NCBI GenBank assembly: GCA_946544695.1
Contig: CAMNMO010000001.1
Coordinates: 1-41,763, forward strand
Direction of reading: 5' to 3'
Source of the DNA: an uncultured Ruminococcus sp.
GTDB lineage: Bacteria > Bacillota > Clostridia > Oscillospirales > Ruminococcaceae
Length of the DNA: 41,763 nt
A program made the position numbers and the translations under genes. Every line of letters begins with the position of its first letter. Within the stretch, counting starts at the first letter, position 1. The notes beneath the pieces were generated by a model. The model saw only the letters and a list, made by a program, of their open reading frames with translations, did not search any database and was not told the origin of the DNA. Positions 37,466 to 41,763 of the stretch are shown piece after piece.

Positions 37466-37987
37466 CTACTGCTTGTCAAAATACGCCTTGCCCTTGTCGG
37501 GCTTAAAGTAAGTCCTGAGAAATCCGTCCTTCGAGACCACCACAAATTCGTTGGTCTCCTCCAGATAGTAGACATCATCGCCGTCCTCCTTCTCGGTCTT
37601 GTGCAGCGCATCAGGGTCATTCACCACATCAGAAGCCGCCCTGCGGTAGTCGTCAGCATTGTCAAACCCCATCTCTATGCCGTGCTTTTCGTAATGCTGG
37701 TCACGCAGTTTTTTCGTACGGAACCAATATTCCACATATTCAGTCTCAGCCGCCTCAGAACTTTCAGCCGCCGTTTCGGTCACAGTCTCGGTCTCTGTTT
37801 TGGCAGACTGTTCTGTCACTTCCTCAGTTTCGGCGGAAGTTTCAGTCTGTGATGTTTCCTCACTGTCCTCAATTATCAGGTCATAAAGCGACTCGTCCTC
37901 ACTAACATTAAGCTGTGCGCCGCACCCCGCCAGACCCATTATAACAGCCAGCACAGCAAGCATGCAAAACACCCTGAGTTTCATCAT
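37466..37987 (-). CDS. lipoprotein with C-terminal toxin-like ribonuclease domain
   Basis: MMKLR...lipobox LAGC; E/T linker; HYEKHG...YYLEETNEFVVVSKDGFLRTYFKP. Confidence 0.7.
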   Translation of the reverse strand: MMKLRVFCMLAVLAVIMGLAGCGAQLNVSEDESLYDLIIEDSEETSQTETSAETEEVTEQSAKTETETVTETAAESSEAAETEYVEYWFRTKKLRDQHYEKHGIEMGFDNADDYRRAASDVVNDPDALHKTEKEDGDDVYYLEETNEFVVVSKDGFLRTYFKPDKGKAYFDKQ

Positions 37988-38012
37988 AGCACCCCCGAAC
38001 ATCGTTTTTATA

Positions 38013-38041
38013 ATTATACAACAAAGCAAAGCGCATGTCAA
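38013..38041 (-). promoter_or_regulatory. sigma-A promoter for the lipoprotein
   Basis: TTGACA-17 nt-TATAAT. Confidence 0.8.
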
Positions 38042-38042
38042 C

Positions 38043-38075
38043 AAAAAAACGGCAGAGCCGTAAAGACTCTGCCGT
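38043..38075 (-). terminator. intrinsic terminator after the anchored surface protein
   Basis: ACGGCAGAG...CTCTGCCG followed by a T-run on the minus strand. Confidence 0.85.
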
Positions 38076-38115
38076 AATAAGCTAGTATTTATTTGACTTC
38101 TTACAGTCGCTTAAA

Positions 38116-38943
38116 TTACTTTCTCTTCTTGGAGATAACTACCAGAGCAGCAGCGGAAGCAGCCAGAGCTACAGCAGCTGTGGAAGCAGCACCGGTGTTG
38201 GTGTTGTTGTTGGTGTTGTTGGTAGCCTTAGAAGAATCAGCCTTAGAAGAAGAGCTCTTATCCTCCTTAGAAGAAGTAGACTCAGTCTTGCTGGAAACAG
38301 GCTCTGCCTTGCTAGAAGAATCTACAGGCTTAGAAGTAGTCTCTTCCTTAGTAGGAGTAGAATCAATAGGCTTAACGGACTCCTCAGCAGCCTTGATGGT
38401 TACAGTACCGTCAGTAGTGGTCCAAGCTGCGAACTGGTCAACATCATAGTTAGCGATACCGCCGGCCTCAACCTTAGCCTTAGAAGTACCAACAGTGATG
38501 GTGTCGCCTTCCTTAGCGTCAGCAGCAGGCTTAACAGTCAGAGTACCGATGCTGGTGTTAGCAGGCTTGTCAGCATCCTCAAAGTTGATGTCGTAAGCCA
38601 TTACCTGATAATCTTCGTTATCCTTGAACTTCTCCTTCTCCTCGGGGGTCAGAGCGCCCTTGTAGCCCTTATCGTCGAAGCCCAGAGCCTTAACGTTGTC
38701 CTCGTTGAACTCGAAACCTTCGATCTCGCCGCCCTCAGCGGTGAAAGCGAACTGCAGAGTGCTCAGCTGAACGTCAGCGGAAACCTCAACATCGAAAGAT
38801 GCGTTCTCGCCGGGTGCTACGGTCTCGGTAGCAGGCTTCAGAGTCAGGTTAGCTGCGGGTGCCTCGTCTGCTGCAAATACAGAAGGTACGAAACCAGCCA
38901 TCAGAGCTGCGGATGTGAGAAGTGCAAATAACTTCTTGTTCAT
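38116..38943 (-). CDS. sortase-anchored (NxxTG) surface protein with cohesin-like domain
   Basis: Signal peptide ending VFA; beta domain VAPGE...V.V...LQFAF...IGTLTVK....KEGD; S/K/T linker; NTNTG + hydrophobic + KKRK tail. Confidence 0.75.
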   Translation of the reverse strand: MNKKLFALLTSAALMAGFVPSVFAADEAPAANLTLKPATETVAPGENASFDVEVSADVQLSTLQFAFTAEGGEIEGFEFNEDNVKALGFDDKGYKGALTPEEKEKFKDNEDYQVMAYDINFEDADKPANTSIGTLTVKPAADAKEGDTITVGTSKAKVEAGGIANYDVDQFAAWTTTDGTVTIKAAEESVKPIDSTPTKEETTSKPVDSSSKAEPVSSKTESTSSKEDKSSSSKADSSKATNNTNNNTNTGAASTAAVALAASAAALVVISKKRK

Positions 38944-39232
38944 AAAAAATTCCTCCCAAAATTAATAATTTGAAATTTTTATTGCTTAATCATACCCATT
39001 TCTTCATTATCATATCAGGTCAAGCATAAGCTTGTCCTTCAAATGACACAAAGCATGGTTATACAATTAATTCGGTATTTTTAATTATAATACATATATA
39101 CATACTATTGTTGAATAATCTGTTAACGTTCTGTTAACTTTTCTTCAAACTGTATTTTCTCAGCAGCTGCATCAAGCAGTATGCACATCGTATTATCCCG
39201 ATTCAGGACGTCTCCCGTTCGGATTTGTCCAC

Positions 39233-39261
39233 ATTATATCACACTTTCCTCGGTATGTCAA
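39233..39261 (-). promoter_or_regulatory. sigma-A promoter, distal, upstream of surface-protein gene
   Basis: TTGACA-17 nt-TATAAT with extended TG. Confidence 0.75.
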
Positions 39262-39482
39262 TAGCAAATTGCAAATAATATTTACCAATTCAGAAAAAAA
39301 ATTTTAGTATTTTCACCACAAAATCACATTTTCAGCGCCAAAACTGACCGTCGTTCAGTTTCAAAAGGCGTTTTCACCCACGTCGGTGCCGTTTTGCGGA
39401 AGTTTCGCCGTTCATTATTATTGCACGATGCACCGCACATTATTATATCGCACATCATTTATATCAAACGTTATTTTTATGC

Positions 39483-39516
39483 AAAACAAAAACGACCCGA
39501 CATAAGTCAGGTCGTT
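39483..39516 (-). terminator. terminator of tRNA operon
   Basis: AACGACCTGAC-TTAT-GTCGGGTCGTT-TTTGTTTT. Confidence 0.85.
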
Positions 39517-39521
39517 AATAG

Positions 39522-39594
39522 TTGGGGCGGAAGGATTCGAACCTTCGACATGACGGAGTCAGAGTCCGTTGCCTTACCGCTTGGCGACGCCCCA
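39522..39594 (-). tRNA. tRNA-Gln(CTG), CCA not encoded
   Basis: Cloverleaf: TGGGGCG/CGCCCCA acceptor, ACGGA-CTCTGAC-TCCGT anticodon arm, GGTTCGAATCC. Confidence 0.97.
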
Positions 39595-39597
39595 GTA

Positions 39598-39672
39598 TGG
39601 TTGGGATAGATGGATTCGAACCATCGAGTGACGGAGTCAAAGTCCGTTGCCTTACCGCTTGGCTATACCCCA
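39598..39672 (-). tRNA. tRNA-Gln(TTG), CCA encoded
   Basis: TGGGGTA/TATCCCA acceptor, ACGGA-CTTTGAC-TCCGT anticodon arm, GGTTCGAATCC. Confidence 0.97.
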
Positions 39673-39721
39673 GTAATTCGATCGTCGGCCATCTCACTGT
39701 CTTGTCCCTGACAGCTTAATT

Positions 39722-39750
39722 ATTATATCACAACCGTTTTGAAAATACAA
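39722..39750 (-). promoter_or_regulatory. sigma-A promoter of tRNA operon
   Basis: TTGTAT-17 nt-TATAAT with extended TG. Confidence 0.7.
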
Positions 39751-39938
39751 GGCTTTTCATACATTGTTTACAATTTAATTTCACACCGTCAACATTTGCC
39801 CTTGCACCCCATTTTTATACCTTATTTAAGAAACCGTCGCTTCGCCCTCTAGCCTTTACATTTCTTCCTGTTTTTGGCAGACTATCCAACATTATTGTAT
39901 TTTTTTCGCAATTTACATAAAATTTAACGAATTCCGAC

Positions 39939-39967
39939 TTGACTTGCATGCTTTAATGTGCTATTAT
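39939..39967 (+). promoter_or_regulatory. sigma-A promoter for mscL
   Basis: TTGACT-17 nt-TATTAT with extended TG. Confidence 0.65.
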
Positions 39968-40003
39968 ATAAAAAGAATTTTATCCGAAAGGACGTGTAGT
40001 GGT

Positions 40004-40492
40004 ATGTTTAAGAAATTTATGACCGAGTTCAAGGAGTTTGCCCTCAAGGGTAACGTTATGGACATGGCTATCGGTGTTATCATCGGTGCTGCTTTCGGCA
40101 ACATCGTGACTTCGCTGACTGACAACTTCATCAACCCTCTGATCGCTGTTGTAACTGGCGGCGCCGAGAAGGACGAGAACGGCGTTATGCAGGTTGTCGG
40201 CGGTTCATTCAAGCTGAGAGGTGTGGCGTTCAATTACGGTTCATTCATCTCCGCAGTTGTCAACTTCCTTGTTATCGCTCTGGTACTGTTCCTCATGCTC
40301 AAGGCAGTAAACGGCGCTGTTGCTAAGGCTGCTGCTCTTGCCAAGAAGGAAGAGGAGGAGGAAGAAGAAGCCGCTGAGCCCTCTGCTGAGGAGAAGCTGC
40401 TCACCGAGATCCGTGATCTGCTGACTGCAAATGCAACTCCCGAAGCTCTTGCAAAGCTCGAAGCTGCAAAGGCAGAAGCTGAAAAGGCTTAA
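40004..40492 (+). CDS. mscL: large-conductance mechanosensitive channel
   Basis: EFKEFALKGNVMDMAIGVIIGAAF, YGSFISAVVNF, LLTEIRDLL; start reassigned to ATG 40004. Confidence 0.97.
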   Translation: MFKKFMTEFKEFALKGNVMDMAIGVIIGAAFGNIVTSLTDNFINPLIAVVTGGAEKDENGVMQVVGGSFKLRGVAFNYGSFISAVVNFLVIALVLFLMLKAVNGAVAKAAALAKKEEEEEEEAAEPSAEEKLLTEIRDLLTANATPEALAKLEAAKAEAEKA

Positions 40493-40504
40493 ATCCATCG
40501 CAGC

Positions 40505-40538
40505 AAAAAGCTGTCCTGCGGGGCAGCTTTTTTATTTT
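40505..40538 (+). terminator. intrinsic terminator after mscL
   Basis: AAAAAGCTGTCC-TGCG-GGGCAGCTTTTTT. Confidence 0.85.
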
Positions 40539-40547
40539 GTCCCACCG

Positions 40548-40576
40548 TTGACAAAAACGGCACAAGGGAGTATAAT
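40548..40576 (+). promoter_or_regulatory. sigma-A promoter for alr
   Basis: TTGACA-17 nt-TATAAT. Confidence 0.85.
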
Positions 40577-40609
40577 CATAATATCACATTGTAAAGGAAG
40601 TTATTCGTT

Positions 40610-41740
40610 ATGGAATCTGTGTCGGATATAGTCAGGCGCTGCTGGGCTGAGATAGACCTGTCAGCCGTTGAATATAATCTTACCGAATACAAAAAACTGC
40701 TGCCTGCTGGCACTGAACTCATGTGTGTGGTGAAAGCCTCCTGCTACGGCCACAGCGATGAACTGATAGTCCCCTTTTTGCAGGAACAGCTGAACGTCCG
40801 CTATTTCGCCGTTTCAAATATCGTCGAAGCTGTGCGCCTGCGTGAAATGGGCATCAGCGGCGATATCCTCATTCTCGGCTACACGCCCCCCGAACTTGCA
40901 CCGCAGCTGCATGAGTATGATATCATTCAGGCTTGTACCGAACTCAGCTATGCACAGGCAATCAGCCGCCACGCCAAAGGCGCAGTCCGCATGCACGGCG
41001 CCGTCGATACAGGCATGACCCGCATAGGCGTCTGCGGCACTCCCGAAGAACAGGCAGCCGAACTTTCCGAGATAGCCGTCACGCCCAATATAAAGATGGA
41101 GGGCATATTCACCCACTTTTCTTCCGCCGACGGCACAGCCGAATCCGACGAAGAATACACCCGCATGCAGGCAGACCGTTTCTTCCGTGTCCGTGACCTG
41201 CTTGAAGCGGGCGGCATAAAGCTGAAGCATGCCCACATCAAAAATTCCGCAGGCGGCGCCTACGGTTACGGCGAGGGCAGCACCCTTGCACGTCTCGGCA
41301 TTATCCTCTACGGACTTTATCCCGACCCCGCCAAGCCTCTGCCCTTTGAACCAAAGCCCGTCATGACCCTCAAAGCGGTCATCTCCCAGATAAAATGGAT
41401 AGATGAAGGCACCGCTGTCAGCTACGGCAGAACTTTCGTCAGTGATAAGCGCATCAGGCTTGCCACCGTCACCTGCGGCTATGCCGACGGCTACCCCAGG
41501 GCGCTGTCAAATAAAGGCGAGGTCATCATTCACGGCAAGCGCTGCAAGATATGCGGCCGTGTCTGCATGGACCAGTTCATGTGCGATGTCACAGCCCTCG
41601 ATGATGTTCAGGTCGGTGACGAAGTCATTCTCATGAACGCCGAACTCAACGCCGACCGCATCGCTGAACTCACAGGCACCATCGGCTACGAAATCACCTG
41701 CGATATCACCTCCAGGGTGCCCCGCATCGAACGCAGATGA
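40610..41740 (+). CDS. alr: alanine racemase (PLP-dependent)
   Basis: VVKASCYGH, DTGMTRIG, FTHFSSAD, VSYG, GYADGYPR, GRVCMDQ, TIGYE. Confidence 0.93.
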   Translation: MESVSDIVRRCWAEIDLSAVEYNLTEYKKLLPAGTELMCVVKASCYGHSDELIVPFLQEQLNVRYFAVSNIVEAVRLREMGISGDILILGYTPPELAPQLHEYDIIQACTELSYAQAISRHAKGAVRMHGAVDTGMTRIGVCGTPEEQAAELSEIAVTPNIKMEGIFTHFSSADGTAESDEEYTRMQADRFFRVRDLLEAGGIKLKHAHIKNSAGGAYGYGEGSTLARLGIILYGLYPDPAKPLPFEPKPVMTLKAVISQIKWIDEGTAVSYGRTFVSDKRIRLATVTCGYADGYPRALSNKGEVIIHGKRCKICGRVCMDQFMCDVTALDDVQVGDEVILMNAELNADRIAELTGTIGYEITCDITSRVPRIERR

Positions 41741-41763
41741 TGCCCGCACAGCAACATTATATA

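Noticed and set aside
38190-38370. Short repeats (GTTGGTGTTGTT, GCCTTAGAAGAA) as a possible CRISPR or VNTR
   Set aside because: They encode the Asn/Thr and Ser/Lys linker; no repeat-spacer periodicity and no cas genes
39394-39600. tRNA 3' end as an integration site
   Set aside because: No duplicated tRNA fragment or integrase seen; a terminator follows directly
39515-39719. Short ORFs on both strands
   Set aside because: They overlap the two tRNA-Gln genes

Overview
A 41.8-kb stretch of core chromosome from a clostridial Firmicute, most plausibly a Ruminococcus-like Oscillospiraceae member. This is inferred from the NxxTG sortase-anchored cohesin-like protein, the gene order and the consensus sigma-A promoters. 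Most genes lie on the minus strand: the rpsU 5' end, leuS, rsfS, yqeK, nadD, yhbY, a deaminase, rdgB, ftsY, smc, a radical SAM protein, rnc, plsX, trmFO, topA, dprA, a TrmH-family methylase, infC-rpmI-rplT with an L20 leader, an M50 peptidase, birA, a GH25 lipoprotein, a thioesterase, icd, aconitase, aroF and two tRNA-Gln. hisA, mscL and alr are on the plus strand. Small accessory genes are slotted between the core genes. The strongest unannotated signal is a 42-codon Phe/Tyr/Trp-rich leader peptide with mutually exclusive antiterminator/terminator pairing upstream of aroF, i.e. a ribosome-dependent attenuator rather than a T-box. Other signals are two related long-palindrome MITE-like elements flanking aconitase, a lipoprotein ending in a toxin-like RNase domain, an orphan CdiI-like immunity gene, a radical SAM-Zn finger fusion, a frameshifted GNAT, an SD-sequestering structure before plsX-rnc, and non-canonical LeuRS motifs. 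No CRISPR array, transposase, integrase or rRNA was seen. All family calls come from motif recognition, not database searches.
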